The notes under the pieces: model-generated
The model's input: only the letters and a program-made list of their open reading frames with translations
The model's database searches: none
Told to the model about the DNA's origin: nothing
Assembly (NCBI RefSeq): GCF_001194135.2
Contig: NC_068998.1
Location: 193,843 to 251,692 of the forward strand
DNA length: 57,850 nucleotides
Direction: 5' to 3'
Origin: Octopus bimaculoides
Lineage: Eukaryota
Program-made: the position numbers and the translations under genes
In this document: piece after piece, positions 39,542 through 51,926 of the stretch
How positions within the stretch are numbered: the first letter of the stretch is position 1
How the letters are laid out: every line of letters starts with the position of its first letter

Positions 39542-41284
39542 GACAAAATGTAAAATGAGATAGAATGCATTAAAATTTCCAGTTTCACAGATATTAATCA
39601 GATATTAATTTAATTAATTTTATAGCAGAGACTAATTTGAGTAAAAGGTTTGTATGAAGGAAGATTTGGTTGAAGCAATTTTAAGAACAAGATGTTAGTT
39701 TTAGATTTAGATGTTTGGTTTAATCTCAGTTCTCTAGAAACAATATTTTTAAAATAAAGTTTGTTGTGATAAACTTTTCAATCTTTTATAATATAATTGT
39801 CGTATGTAATGTAATCTTTCTTCTTACATTCATTTCAGTATTATGTTCCATCAATGTTTTAATCTGAAAAAGATAGATTTATGTATCTAAATATAGTTTA
39901 TTTCTTTAGTTATTTTTTTAAAAGTTGTTTTAGGTGTTCAGTTTTGAAGTTCTTGAGATTTTTGAAATGGTAAATAAAGATGTTCCTGATCTCCTATTAT
40001 AGTATTTTTATAATTTAATTTCTTTTAGCCTTTTGACAAAACAAGTTTGATCTTTTGCTTAATTGGTTGTTACTGTAATAAAAAAAAATATTTTAAAAAG
40101 CCACAGTGGCAAAATTCGATGCTTTAAACTCCTATTTCTACAAATTAGGGGACATATAGTGAAGCCTGATGATTTATGTTGTCCATGTATATTTTCTCAA
40201 TCAATTTAAGAAATAGATGTTTAGTTTAATCCCAGAGAGGAGTTGCAGTGATTCAGAGTCAAAGATTTTGTGTTCTGAGTCTGCAGTCATGTGTAGGGGT
40301 GAGATGAAAGGATAGCAATGGGGCCTGGGCATATTTACATGACCTGTTGAAGTCAGTACTTTATTAAAATTTGACATTCAAGCATGAAATGAACAGCTGA
40401 TTGGACAGCAAAATAAACAGTTCTTACTGCCTCAAATCTGGGACATTCCCTCTTTGCACTCACATTCTGAAGAAATGGCTTATGTATTTCTAGGTGAACA
40501 AAAACAGGAATGATCTATTCCTGAGGTTTCACCTATGGCTTGTAAATATTCTTGTGGCTTAAGTGTCTCCTAACATACAGTAATGCAGCCAACTAAGACA
40601 ATATTTCAACTCTTACCATCTGACAGCCATTGTAATTGTTGTCAAAGGTTGATGGGAATCAGAATTAGGGTGTTTGACTACAACTGTTATCTCTTGTCAT
40701 CAAGATTAAGGGTTAAATTAAGGGACACCATTGTCCTTGAACAATATTGCTATGACATAATTCAGCTGAACAACTTATGACTAATTTTTTTCTTTCTGTA
40801 TGACATCCATACATCTGTATTGCATGTTCTTAAAGAAATTCCCTCTGCTTTCTTTTCTGCACTGACATTGATAAAATAAATCCTGGAGTTGTTACTAATG
40901 ATGGCTAAAAACATTAAAGTTGATCACCAGCACGACTGCTATCCAATGGCTGAAACAAATGAAATGTGTTTGAGATGTGTTTGATATGTGTGTGTGTGTA
41001 TGTGTGTGTGTGTGTAAGCAGATCTACAGGTAGATGGTCGGGTGGATTTGGTTTTACAAATAGGTGAAAGAGAACTGAATATATCAAGCAGGGTATATAT
41101 TCCTTTATTAGCTGGAAATACTACAGGAGTTACTCAAGGATTGAAAGTTTTATGCCAAAACACTTTCTAAACAAACATACACATATACATATATATACTT
41201 ATATTTGTGTATCCACGTGCACACATATGGTGGACTCCCTTGTCAATTCCAACATCTGAGCAAGCATTGTTTAGTCAGGTCAAC

Positions 41285-41350
41285 CTATAAGATGCTGGGC
41301 CTCACAGAGGAGATGACAATTGACTGAGATGTCTTGAGAAGACTTGTCCA
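41285..41350 (+). mobile_element. RTE LINE C-terminal coding remnant
   Basis: KMLGLTEEMTID*DVLRRLV resembles the RTE terminal motif LGLTEEMTxDRDxWR (CGA>TGA). Confidence 0.5.
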
Positions 41351-41739
41351 CTTCAGCGAAACTGTGCTGTGGAAATGCTGTGTGTTCCACCTCCATGTAG
41401 CAATAAAATTTCTCACACCTTAACCCAACAAATCAAATTACATCTCCTCCTCCTCCTCCTCCTCCTCTTCCTCCTCTTCATCCCTCTTTTCCAATCCTAT
41501 CCTCACTGCCCTGCACACTCTATCATTGCTATCCTGTTGACCCCCACCTTCTCTATTTAGTCACTGCATTCTCCACCCCAACACTCTTTGCATCCATGTG
41601 AACTCCCTACTCATGCACCTTTGGCAATACTCTACCATCCCATTCATATTCTGATCCCCATACCTTCAGAGTATGCCCTGCCCTAACACTTTTCTTCCAT
41701 CTCTGTCCCACTCTCTCTTGCATACTCACACTTTTGCTC

Positions 41740-42292
41740 TCCTCTCTTTCTCTCTCTCTCTCTCTTGCATTCTCTCTCTCTCTTGCATTCTCTCTCCCTC
41801 TTGCATTCCCTCTCTCTCTTGCATTCTCTCTCTCTCTCTCTCTCTTGCATTCTCTCTCTCTCTCTCTCTCTCTCTTGCATTCTCTCTCTCTCTCTCTCTC
41901 TCTTGCATTCTCTCTCTCTTGCATTCTCTCTCTCTTGCATTCTCTCTCTCTNNNNNNNNNNNNNNNNNNNNNNNNNNNNNNNNNNNNNNNNNNNNNNNNN
42001 NNNNNNNNNNNNNNNNNNNNNNNNNNNNNNNNNNNNNNNNNNNNNNNNNNNNNNNNNNNNNNNNNNNNNNNNNNNNNNNNNNNNNNNNNNNNNNNNNNNN
42101 NNNNNNNNNNNNNNNNNNNNNNNNNNNNNNNNNNNNNNNNNNNNNNNNNNNNNNNNNNNNNNNNNNNNNNNNNNNNNNTGCACTCTCTCTCTCTCTCTTG
42201 CACTCTCTCTCTCTCTTGCACTCTCTCTCTCTCTTGCACTCTCTCTCTCTCTCTCTTGCACTCTCTCTCTCTCTCTCTTGCACTCTCTCTCT
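41740..42292. repeat. Compound (CT)n-TGCATT / (CT)n-TGCA minisatellite spanning a 227-N gap
   Basis: Read directly; source of the ERERMQ/LSLSC pseudo-ORFs. Confidence 0.9.
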
Positions 42293-42354
42293 GTAGAAGA
42301 GATTCCTCTACAGCCAGACACTTGCTTCTGTCCCTTCGTCACATTCTTCCCTCT

Positions 42355-42572
42355 CAAAGGATCTTTGTCTTGCAAGTTACTTGGTGACCCTGCCAGTGCT
42401 GGTGCCACATAATAAGCATCCAGTCCACATTGTATAGTGGTTGGCATTTGGAAGGGCATCCAACGGACCATGCCAAAACAGTGAAGCCCGGCCAGTCCCT
42501 GTCAAGCCATCCAACTCCTGCCATCATGGAAAATGGACATTAAATGACGATAATGATGATGATTATGATGAT
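42355..42572 (+). mobile_element. RTE-tail-derived short element
   Basis: TGGTTGGCATTTGGAAGGGCATCCA...CATGGAAAATGGACATTAAATGACGATAATGATGATG. Confidence 0.7.
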
Positions 42573-42588
42573 GATATATGTATGTATG

Positions 42589-42645
<57 letters not shown>

Positions 42646-43334
42646 ATAAAGGTGAACTGGGCTAAAAGTGATACCATTATATCATCAAATATGACAGTAA
42701 ATCTGAACTGCAGATTATAGTTGTAGGTGTGTGTGTGTGTGTGTGTGTCCGTGCGTGCGTGCGCCATTTCTGAGTGAACTGAAGAGAAAGGAAATAAAAG
42801 TGATGTTCTATGGTGTGTTTGACCTAAAGTGAATAATTGTGATGTATATATAACACTGCAACGTTTGTTTGAAGCTATCTTTTATGAATATGTGTTGACA
42901 GCATTTACATTTTTATCACCGTTTTTATAATTCTTTTCTCTTGTAAACTATATATATCAATCTATAAACTGTCTTACTATAATAATAATAATAATGATAA
43001 TAATAATAATAATAGACAACAAAATAGAAGGTGAGGAACTGGAGTTAGGGGGCTTACAATGCAGAACGTTATGAGGAGAAAAAGGAAATGCCTTTATCCC
43101 ATGCTGTGAAAGATTAGTACCTCATTTGATTGATATGCAGATTAAGACTTTTGGTTCCTTTAGCATTTTTACCATTTCTGATGCCAAAATCCCATTATTG
43201 CTATTAGCCTCATTTCTTTTAAACCTTTAAGACATAAAAAAATAAAACTATTAAAATTCAAATTCTTCTACATCTATCTCTGCTACTGAATTTATTTTAC
43301 TTTTTAAACTCATATTTTCTTTTACTTTTTTTCC

Positions 43335-43709
43335 TTACTTGTTTCAGTCATAGAACTGTGATCATGCTGGGGCACTACCTTGAAAGTTTTAGTCGAACTA
43401 ATAGACCCCAGTACATATTTTTCTTTTTAAGCCTTGTACTTATTCTATGGGTCTCTTTGCCAAACTGCTAAGTTACAAGAACATAAATGCACCAATACCG
43501 GTTGTCAAGCAGTGTTTGTGGGGACAAACATGGACATAAACACACACACAGACACACACACACAATGAGCTTCTTTCAGTTTCTGTCTACCCAATCCACT
43601 CACAAGGTTTTGGTCAGCCCAAGGCTGTTGTAGGAGACATCTTCCTCAGGTGCCATGCAGTGGAACTGAACCCAGTACCATGTGATTGGGAAGCAAGCTT
43701 CTTAACACA
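43335..43709 (-). mobile_element. Family B SINE (head 43565-43709, tail 43335-43510), deaminated
   Basis: Direct alignment by eye to 5102-5260; the tail shares GTTTCAGTCAT..CATGCTGGGGCAC and ACTGCTAAGTTAC motifs with other copies. Confidence 0.8.
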
Positions 43710-43840
43710 TGGCCATAGTGTGGCACCTATAATTGCTACACAAACTACTTTTCTTACACCAGATTCCATTGTTGACAAAACTGGTTGAAGGACAAGATTC
43801 TTTCATTGGTAAATCTATGGTGCAGGTGTGCTAAGAGGTG

Positions 43841-43976
43841 TGTGTTAAGAAGCTTGCTTCCCAACCACATGGTTCTGGGTTCAGTCCCACTGCATGGAAT
43901 CTTGGGCACATATCTTCTACTGTAGCCTTAGGTTGACCAAGGCCATGTGAGTGGACAGAAACTGAAAAAAGTCCAT
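43841..43976 (+). mobile_element. Family B SINE, inverted relative to the 43565-43709 copy
   Basis: AAGAAGCTTGCTTCCCAACCACATGGTTCTGGGTTCAGTCCCACTGCATGG. Confidence 0.8.
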
Positions 43977-43994
43977 CGTGTGTGTGTGTGTACT

Positions 43995-44231
43995 GTATAC
44001 TGGAAAGTCCCAAAGAATCATTACATTTTCTCCCTCAGTAACAGCCTCAGGCTGGTGCTTGTACTATTTGTCAGCAGTTTGGATTTTACAATGCCGACAC
44101 ATTATCCAATGTAGATATTGGTCAACTCTGTCATGTCTTGATTTGTACTCTACAGGTGCTAAAACCTTACATCCAGAGGACAGGTGGTCCACTGTTTTTA
44201 TCCCATCGTTGCAGTATCAGCACTTTGGGTC
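43995..44231 (-). mobile_element. R4/Dong-type (RLE) non-LTR retrotransposon fragment: CCHC zinc knuckle and start of restriction-like endonuclease
   Basis: Minus-strand translation DPKC*YCNDGIKTVDHLSSGCKVLAPVEYKSRHDRVDQYLHWIMCRHCKIQTADK*YKHQPEAVTEGENVMILWDFPVY matches the CxxC-H-C / RHD / LHW / ILWDF pattern. The two stops are explicable as CGA>TGA (44217-44219) and TGG>TAG (44064-44066). Confidence 0.85.
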
Positions 44232-44296
44232 CACACCAATTTTCATCATCACCATCATCATCATCACCATCATTATCATTGTTATCATCATCATCG

Positions 44297-44328
<32 letters not shown>

Positions 44329-45970
44329 GTTATTATTATTATTATTGTTATTGATATTATTATTGGTATTAAGTTTTATGAATGAAAAACCAAGTGAACT
44401 TGCATTAGGTTTGAACTCAAAACCTTGATATATTGAACCAGATCAAGTCCATTATATAAGAAGATATTCTACTTTCTCCAGTTAATGTCTCTGTAATTTC
44501 ACTGTAACTTTGCAGCTGTTTAAGAGTCAATGTGTGTTTCCATTAATTCTGATTGCTTAACATCTTTAGTGTTCACTTTGAAATGAGAGGCCAGTTTCAA
44601 GTGGTCATTTGTTCTGGAATGAAACACTAATGGCTCTAGTTTCATCCTGACACTGATGTGATGACCTCTAACAGTTGCGAGTCATGTTATTTTCGAAGAA
44701 GATCTTATATGACACTATCACGAACATCAGAGCACATCAATGTACTTCAGTTATTGTCACATGCCTCTTCTTAATCAGATATTTTATCAGATTTAGCTGA
44801 AGTGTTTGTATCATTTTTCAACATCTTATTGATTAGAACGAACACTTTGATGTGTTCACTAACAAATTGATCGAGTTAATCTATATCTTACTTTCATTCT
44901 TAATCTCTTCATTACAAACCTTTCCTGTCTGACATCTTGTCTTCACTGTATAAACTTGTGTACAAGCTTCAAATACAGAGAGAATGGTGTCTATACAGAG
45001 CAGCTAATTGATAATATAATATCTTCATAAAATGAAGTGGGTCTCCACTGCACTCAACCACTTTAGTGATCTTACTGAAAGAACACTTCTGTGTTGGCTT
45101 TATCTTGCTCTGTGATTTCATGTCATCCATATTGCATATCCTTAACAACCCCTTAAGAGATTTTATTATCTTCGTATTTACACTTTTACAACAATTTATT
45201 TAATAGTGCAATAACAGTTTCTCTGTGAATGGTCTACAAAGGTTCATTTAACTTTCAGTTTTCTGAGCTGTCACTAAATTGTTATTGTAGCATTCTGGCA
45301 TAAATATATTTTAAAGCTGTCTCTATCTCTCCATTTGTCTGTCTGTCTATTTATCTTTCTCTTGTTATGTATATGTGCGTGCGTGTGTGCATAATATATA
45401 TGTGTATGTATGTACATAATCTGTCTCCCCATTATAGCTTATAAGGCTTATGCTCAGCTCCAATTTCATGGCATTAATCAGTTAAGAGAGAGATAACGTT
45501 CTTTTGGGTTTTACACCAGGCTATTGCGTGTAATATTCCCCAAAGATCTCGTACCTATTTTTGATAAGCAGATAAACTAAGGTATGTAGAACTAAATATT
45601 CAACTCAGATATATCTCTTCCTACCCCCCACCTCCGTCAGTGAAATACCTGCAGTAGATATGAACTCAATCAAGATCCATGAGTTGGCAGTCCCAATACC
45701 TTATCTAACTATTGCTATATCATTTATCAGTAAAGTGTCTGTCATCATTTGATAGCTTGTCTTTTTAATATCAATCTTCTAGATTCTATTTAACCATAGT
45801 AAAGGAAAAACCAGCCAGAAACCGACATTAACAGGCAAAACTAAAACAAACTAAAATCTCTAAAATAGAACAACAACAAACACTTCCAATCTTGACCTTA
45901 TTTCTCAGTTTCTGTCTTTTAAGCTTTGATGAATGCATTTTATTGTATATACAACTGCATGGGAGGCTTC

Positions 45971-46420
45971 TTAGAAGTAGTTGATAATTTGTGTTACCTA
46001 GGTAACCTAATCAGCAATAGAATTGGGTGTTCCAAAGGTATGGTAAGCAGAGAAGGAAAGGTGGAGGTGGATGGGAAAAGGGAAGGGAGCTGTTAGCTCT
46101 GCTGGCAACAAAGATTCACTTTCAGAATGAAGGGTGGTTTCTTGGGTGTTTGCTGATGGTGTGTCGTATAGGGAGATAGTTAAAGATGGACAGTGAATGT
46201 GAAAGGTTGCATGAAGGCTGAGAAGATATGAGGCAACCAGTATGTTTCAATGCTGGATTACAAAGAGAAAAAAACAAGAAGAGAGTACATGGGTATGGAA
46301 GATGTCTGTTTTATAAGTGGTCCAAATGGAAGGAATTTGTAGAAGAAGAGATGGGAAGAAGAAGTGATGAAGGTTGATCTTGAGAGGTTGAATTTCTTGA
46401 CGGTGTTCACACTGGACTGC
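45971..46420 (+). mobile_element. Decayed RTE LINE RT C-terminal fragment
   Basis: LEVVDNLCYLGNLISNRIGCSKGMVSR from 45971, homologous to LEVVDSFRYLGDQVSSGGGCAESVAA of the young copy near 22.1 kb; downstream is purine-rich decayed sequence, so the right end is approximate. Confidence 0.65.
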
Positions 46421-48235
46421 AACAATCTCATGTCAACATTGGCTGAGATGCTGTGCTGAAGATGTTGCATCCAATGCATGCAGAAAATGATGATATGTTA
46501 AATATTGACAGGAATAGAAAGGATATGCTTAGATAAATATATATAGATCTCTCTCTCTCTCTCTCTTGCTTGTGCCTATTCTTGTGCCAAACTATTGTCT
46601 GAAGCCAATCATGTAGACACAACAAGCACAGTTTTAAGAGAAAGAGTTGTCCCTTGTCAATATCTTTCTCAAGGGAATTCGAGATGGACAGGAATTAAAA
46701 TTTGTTCAAATAAAAATTGAAACCTGCCCCCCCCCCCAAAAAAAAAAACCAACCCCTTTAGCTTACTCTGTTCTTACTTGAGAAGGCTTGAAGAGTATTT
46801 TGGCATTTTGTTCAGTTCAGAGTCACCTTCAAACTTGGACTTTGATGCAGTTGGCCTCATTAGGATCATTAATCAATTTACACCCACGTACCCTCATCAA
46901 TGCATAAATTAATGTTTGCTGTTGATAATTGTTGAGTCAGAAAATTCTTATACATGGAGAATTAATTATGAGGGAATAAAACAAACTGCATATTAAATTT
47001 TTTATTTTTATTTCTTACTGTTTGGCATAATTTTCTCAATTGGAAACAATAAACCAAAATAAAAATCCATGGACAACAATATTCTACCAGAGAATAACTT
47101 TACATGTTTTTAGCTGGTTTCTTTTTTCATTTTTTTTTCTATTGTCTCTGTTTTAGTTCTGTGGAATTCCGGAAATTGAATGATAAATATATTGATTGGT
47201 TTCTAATAAACAATTTTTATCCAATGATGGCATTTAGCAGTGATTGATGGCATTGTCAGAACTTGCATGAGATTTTTATCTGTGGTGCATCTACAAAGAA
47301 TGTCTTCTACACTGGTTATTACTTGTGATAAATTTGTCAAATGGTTTGTGTAGAATATTAATGTTGAGAGAGAGAGGACAAGTAGGTGGGTGGGTGGGGA
47401 GACTCCTCATTTAATGTTACAAAATAATGAAGGGCCATATGACGGTTAGTAAAAGAGAATGGAGAATTAAAATATAATCTTCAGAGTGGCATTTTATTTA
47501 ATGTGTTGTCACAAAAGAAAAATCACTTTCTGCCATTTTGTGACAATGCTTGGCATCAGAGGAAAAAATAAATTTAAAAAAGAAAAGTGATTAAAATTTT
47601 TGCTTTAACAAATCCACTTGTTTGAAATATATGAGAATGGTAAATAGCTGTTAAATTGACAAAGAATTACAATAACTCCACCATCTTTTTTTCTTTTTCT
47701 TCCTTTATGAAATGTTTCATAATTTAATTACCTTTTTGTTTTCTTCTCTTTTTCTTCTCCCCCTCTTCCTTCCCCATCTCTCTTTTTCATTCTCTGTCTC
47801 TTTCATCCTGTCTTTTTTGACATTTGTACCCTGGCACAGAAACCCTTCAACAAGCAGCTCCCAAGTTTTCTCAAATCAAATATATCAAAAAAGAAGTTTT
47901 CATTCATTTTTCATCATTAAATCATAGAAACCTTCTTCTATTGACTTCTTCACCATCATCACCATCATCATTGTCATGACTCTCTCTACCACCACTACCA
48001 CCACCATAACCATTATCATTGTCATTGTCATCACTTCTACTAAATATTTCCAGTGTTGGTTTCTAGATCACCAATTATAAAATTTTTGTAGAACCTAGAA
48101 TATAACCAGAGGATATTTGTTAATGAATATCAAATGGGTTTATTAGCAAAACACACAGGACTATAAAGAAACTGTCTGTGAGGAATATTTCTTTTTAAAG
48201 GTCTCAAATATCTGTGACAATAGTTGTTCTTTCAG

Positions 48236-48309
48236 TGACAAAGGTGCTTCTAGTTAACCAATGGCTGCAGGTAATTAATAATTTAGCAATAAGGCTGTTC
48301 AACGATCAG
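48236..48309 (+). CDS. Candidate internal exon of an unidentified host gene (xTKVLLVNQWLQVINNLAIRLFNDQ)
   Basis: Acceptor GTTGTTCTTTCAG, donor CAG|GTGAGA, open frame; no homology recognised. Confidence 0.25.
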
Positions 48310-48585
48310 GTGAGAACAGTGACACGTTTTCTGTAGCATTTCTTTTCATTTCAGACAGCAAAATTATATTAAAGCTTTATTCAGCAAATTCCCTCCTCAC
48401 TACCTTCTTGCCATTTATCATTATCAGTTCTGGTGGAAAAATTGTCTTGAAGCATTTGTTCCTACTTTTTATGTTTAGAGTAATAATATAGATTTAATCA
48501 AAAGATTAAATGTGGTACTTAAAATGTTTGAGGCACCAGAATTTGGTAGGATAAAAACCAAAAACAAAATCAAGAGATTTGGTGA

Positions 48586-48800
48586 ATAAAATTTGAAGCT
48601 AAGCAACAAAAATTCAATAGGTTATAGCAGTACGTACGTTTCGTACAAGCTCCATTTATTCAGGTAGTGAGAACACCACAGAATGTACAATGAAAATGTA
48701 CATTCTGTGGTGTTCTCACTACATGAATAAATGGAGCTTGTACGAAACGTACGTACTGCTATAACCTATTGCATTTTTGTTGCTTATCTTCAAATTTTAT
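48586..48800. repeat. Long inverted repeat: 104-bp arms (48586-48689, 48697-48800), 7-nt loop ATGAAAA, 3 mismatches
   Basis: Arm alignment by hand. Confidence 0.95.
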
Positions 48801-48934
48801 GTTTAGAGTTTAGCTACCATCAACAACTTGGCCTTTCATCTTCTCAAGGTTGGTAAAAATGAAATATCAGTTAAGTACAGGGGTCAATATTATTGATTTA
48901 CCCCTCCCCTCAAAACTGCTGGCATTCTGTCTAA

Positions 48935-48997
<63 letters not shown>

Positions 48998-49000
48998 CAA

Positions 49001-49562
49001 AGGTGGTAAGCTGGCAGAATTGTTAGCAATGCTGGACAAAATGCTTAACAGCATTTCACCTGTTTTTATAGACTGAGTTCAAATACTGCCTTTCATCCTT
49101 TTGGGGGGTCAGTGAAATACGAATCAGTCAAGCACTGGGGTTGATGTTACCAACATAACCCATTGTAATAGAGCATGGAAGAAACCCAGTGTATTTCTCT
49201 ACAGGCACAGCTGTGTGGTAAGAAGCTTGCTTCCCAACCACATGGTTCTGGGTTCAATCCCTCTGCATGGCATCATGGGCAAGTGTCTTCTACTTAAACT
49301 TCAGCCTGACTAAAACCTTGTGAGTGGATTTAGTAGATGGAAACTGAAAGACACCCATTATGTGTGTGTGTCTTTGTGTCTGTTTGTCTCCCCCCACCAC
49401 CACCATTTGACAACCATCATTGATGCATTTATGCCCACCATAACTCACCAGTTTGGCAATAAAGACCAATAGAATTAGTACCAGGCTTTACAAAAAAACA
49501 AAAAATTCATTCAACATGGTGCTCCAGCATGGCCTCAGTCTAATAACTGAAACAAGTAAAAG
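49001..49562 (+). mobile_element. Adjacent SINEs: family C (49001-49150) and family B with tail (49203-49562)
   Basis: GGTGGTAAGCTGGCAGAATTGTTAGCA..GAGTTCAAAT..GCCTTTCATCCTTT (A/B-box-like), then AAGAAGCTTGCTTCCCAACCACATGGTTCTGGGTTCAATCCC and tail ..CCAGCATGGCC..ACTGAAACAAG. Confidence 0.75.
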
Positions 49563-50135
49563 ACTACAGAGTCAACAAATAAGTAGTGACCTTTTGTAAC
49601 TCAGGTCAACCGAATGTAACTCATAGATGGTGACCTTTTAGTTTACAAACAAAATTAGGTCAACTTTTATGAGAAATTCTAAAAGTTTTGGCTAAATTAA
49701 AATTTAATATTTGACGAGGGATTAGTTTTCACTTGAGTTTGTATGTGTGTTTCTGAACATAATGTGCATGGGTGTAGATTTTATCAGACAAAGTAGGCCC
49801 ACAGCCTGGATATAGCATGGTATTCAATGGAGACACACACACACACACACACTCTTGTAAGTCTTCCTCTGCCCATAACCACCTGCTTTAATTACTGGTT
49901 GATCTCTTTTGTCTGTGTGTCACCATTTTTCTAGTCTTTTAATTTCAACTAACATTTGATATGTTTCATTTCCACATGTCTTTTCAGCTCATCTCTGCTC
50001 ATTAGATTCAATTAACTCAGAACTACCAATTATCTCTATGCCATTCCCTTTATCATAGTCATCAAGCTATGTAACAGCTTTGATATCTCAAATTTGAGCT
50101 CTTTTAATTATTTAGTTATTTCATTGGTGAGGTTG

Positions 50136-50166
<31 letters not shown>

Positions 50167-50926
50167 CAGTTGTTGGGGGTGGGGTGGCAGCGACAGTAGT
50201 GGTGGTAGTGATGATATTGATGGCAGTAGTAACGGTGTTGGTGGTGGCCAGCAGAATAATTGATTTTACTAAATTATGTCTAAACTATTTGAGGTTTATG
50301 TTTTACTTTTTGAGAAATGGTAAAAGAAGAATGAAAAAAAAAAGTGTAAAATATGGTTATTCTTCTTATTCTTTTGAATGCAAGAATTATCTCCATTAAA
50401 TTATGACTAAAAATACATCTTATGTTACTTTTTTATGGAATTAAAATTTATTTTCCAATTTTTTTTCTTGGAATTTCTTGGATGTTTTCTAAAATGGTCA
50501 TATTTCCAGTCTTCAACAATTTTGATTTTGTAGTTTAATGCTTTTCTTATTGTCATTTGTAATATCAAAAATTTAAAGGATACTGAGGCTATGTTGTTGT
50601 TTAACACCAGGTCAGTCTTGAGCCAGTAGACTCGTAATCAAAAGTATTCCAGCTATGGCCTTCACACCTTACTCCTGTGTACAAAGAACCTAGGACTATG
50701 ATATCTAATATGACAACAGAGGGAAATTTGGCTATTGTTTTTAGCAACCACATAGAGTCCCTATTGTTGTTAACTGGAGCAGAGATATAGTGAAGTTTAT
50801 TTAGCACCCTAGCCCTATGGCCATTGTTTCCCCACCAGAGGAAACTGTTCTCTCATAAACATATTCATTGTTTAGTGAAACTCCTGCTGTCTCATTTGAA
50901 AAGATGTTTAAAATAGGTAGTAATGT

Positions 50927-50962
<36 letters not shown>

Positions 50963-51891
50963 GAGGTCTGATCAATAACTCTAGAATTTATAACTCTAGA
51001 ATTGTAAATCATCATCGTCAATATCACCGCCACTACCATCCCCACCATCATCACCACCACTGCCACCACCACCACCATCATCACCACCACTAACATCATC
51101 AAATCAACACACTGCCCACTTTCCCATGCTGGTCACTTTCAACCCAGTGTTATTCCAACTCTTACAATGATCTGATATCTCTTTCAGAAGACTCATCATT
51201 CTCAGATTCCTTCATACAACCCTTGGCCATTGTCTTGTTTGCTCTTCCCCTTCAGCAGACCCCTTCTACTTGCAGAGTTTGCATTTTTTTTTTTTGTTTT
51301 TCTCTATACACACATATAGTTTATATTGTTGAGCTATTCCACACTGTGGTATCTATTTACAGCTAGGAGGACTGAGCCAAGACGCCACTATGGTAGAAGC
51401 AGAATAGGCAGTGAGAGAGAGGGAGAGATGAAGGGAGTGAGAGAGAGAAAGCAGTTGTGTAGACGAGGTTACTACTAGTAACATAATTATGAAAGAATTA
51501 TTTTAAAACTGATTGTTATCTTAGAAATAGATAAAACTGATTTTCAATATAATTACAATTCATCCATAGTATGTTAATGTTGTAGTGTAACTAATTTATT
51601 TATAAACTGACATAAATTATGTTAATGTTCTGTGTAGCAAATTCATAAAAAGAAAGAAAATACGAAATCATTTACGTTTGTTCTATTTCTATCATGGGCC
51701 AATGAATTTCTAGAATGAGGATCTTCTTTAAATAATTTGATTATGGTCAAAATTGATATCCCACATTCTCATCTCAGGAGGGATGCTGCTTTAATAAAAT
51801 AGGTACCAGTAATAAACTGAAGTTGATTTCTTTCATCTGCTCCTATTGCTGTAAGCATTGGTCGACATTTATTCCACTGGCATTATTATTA

Positions 51892-51926
<35 letters not shown>

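Noticed and set aside
44042-44428. Long + strand open frame with CQQFGF (SRCR-like) behind a good acceptor
   Set aside because: It is the antisense of the R4/Dong CCHC-RLE fragment, which has far stronger motif support
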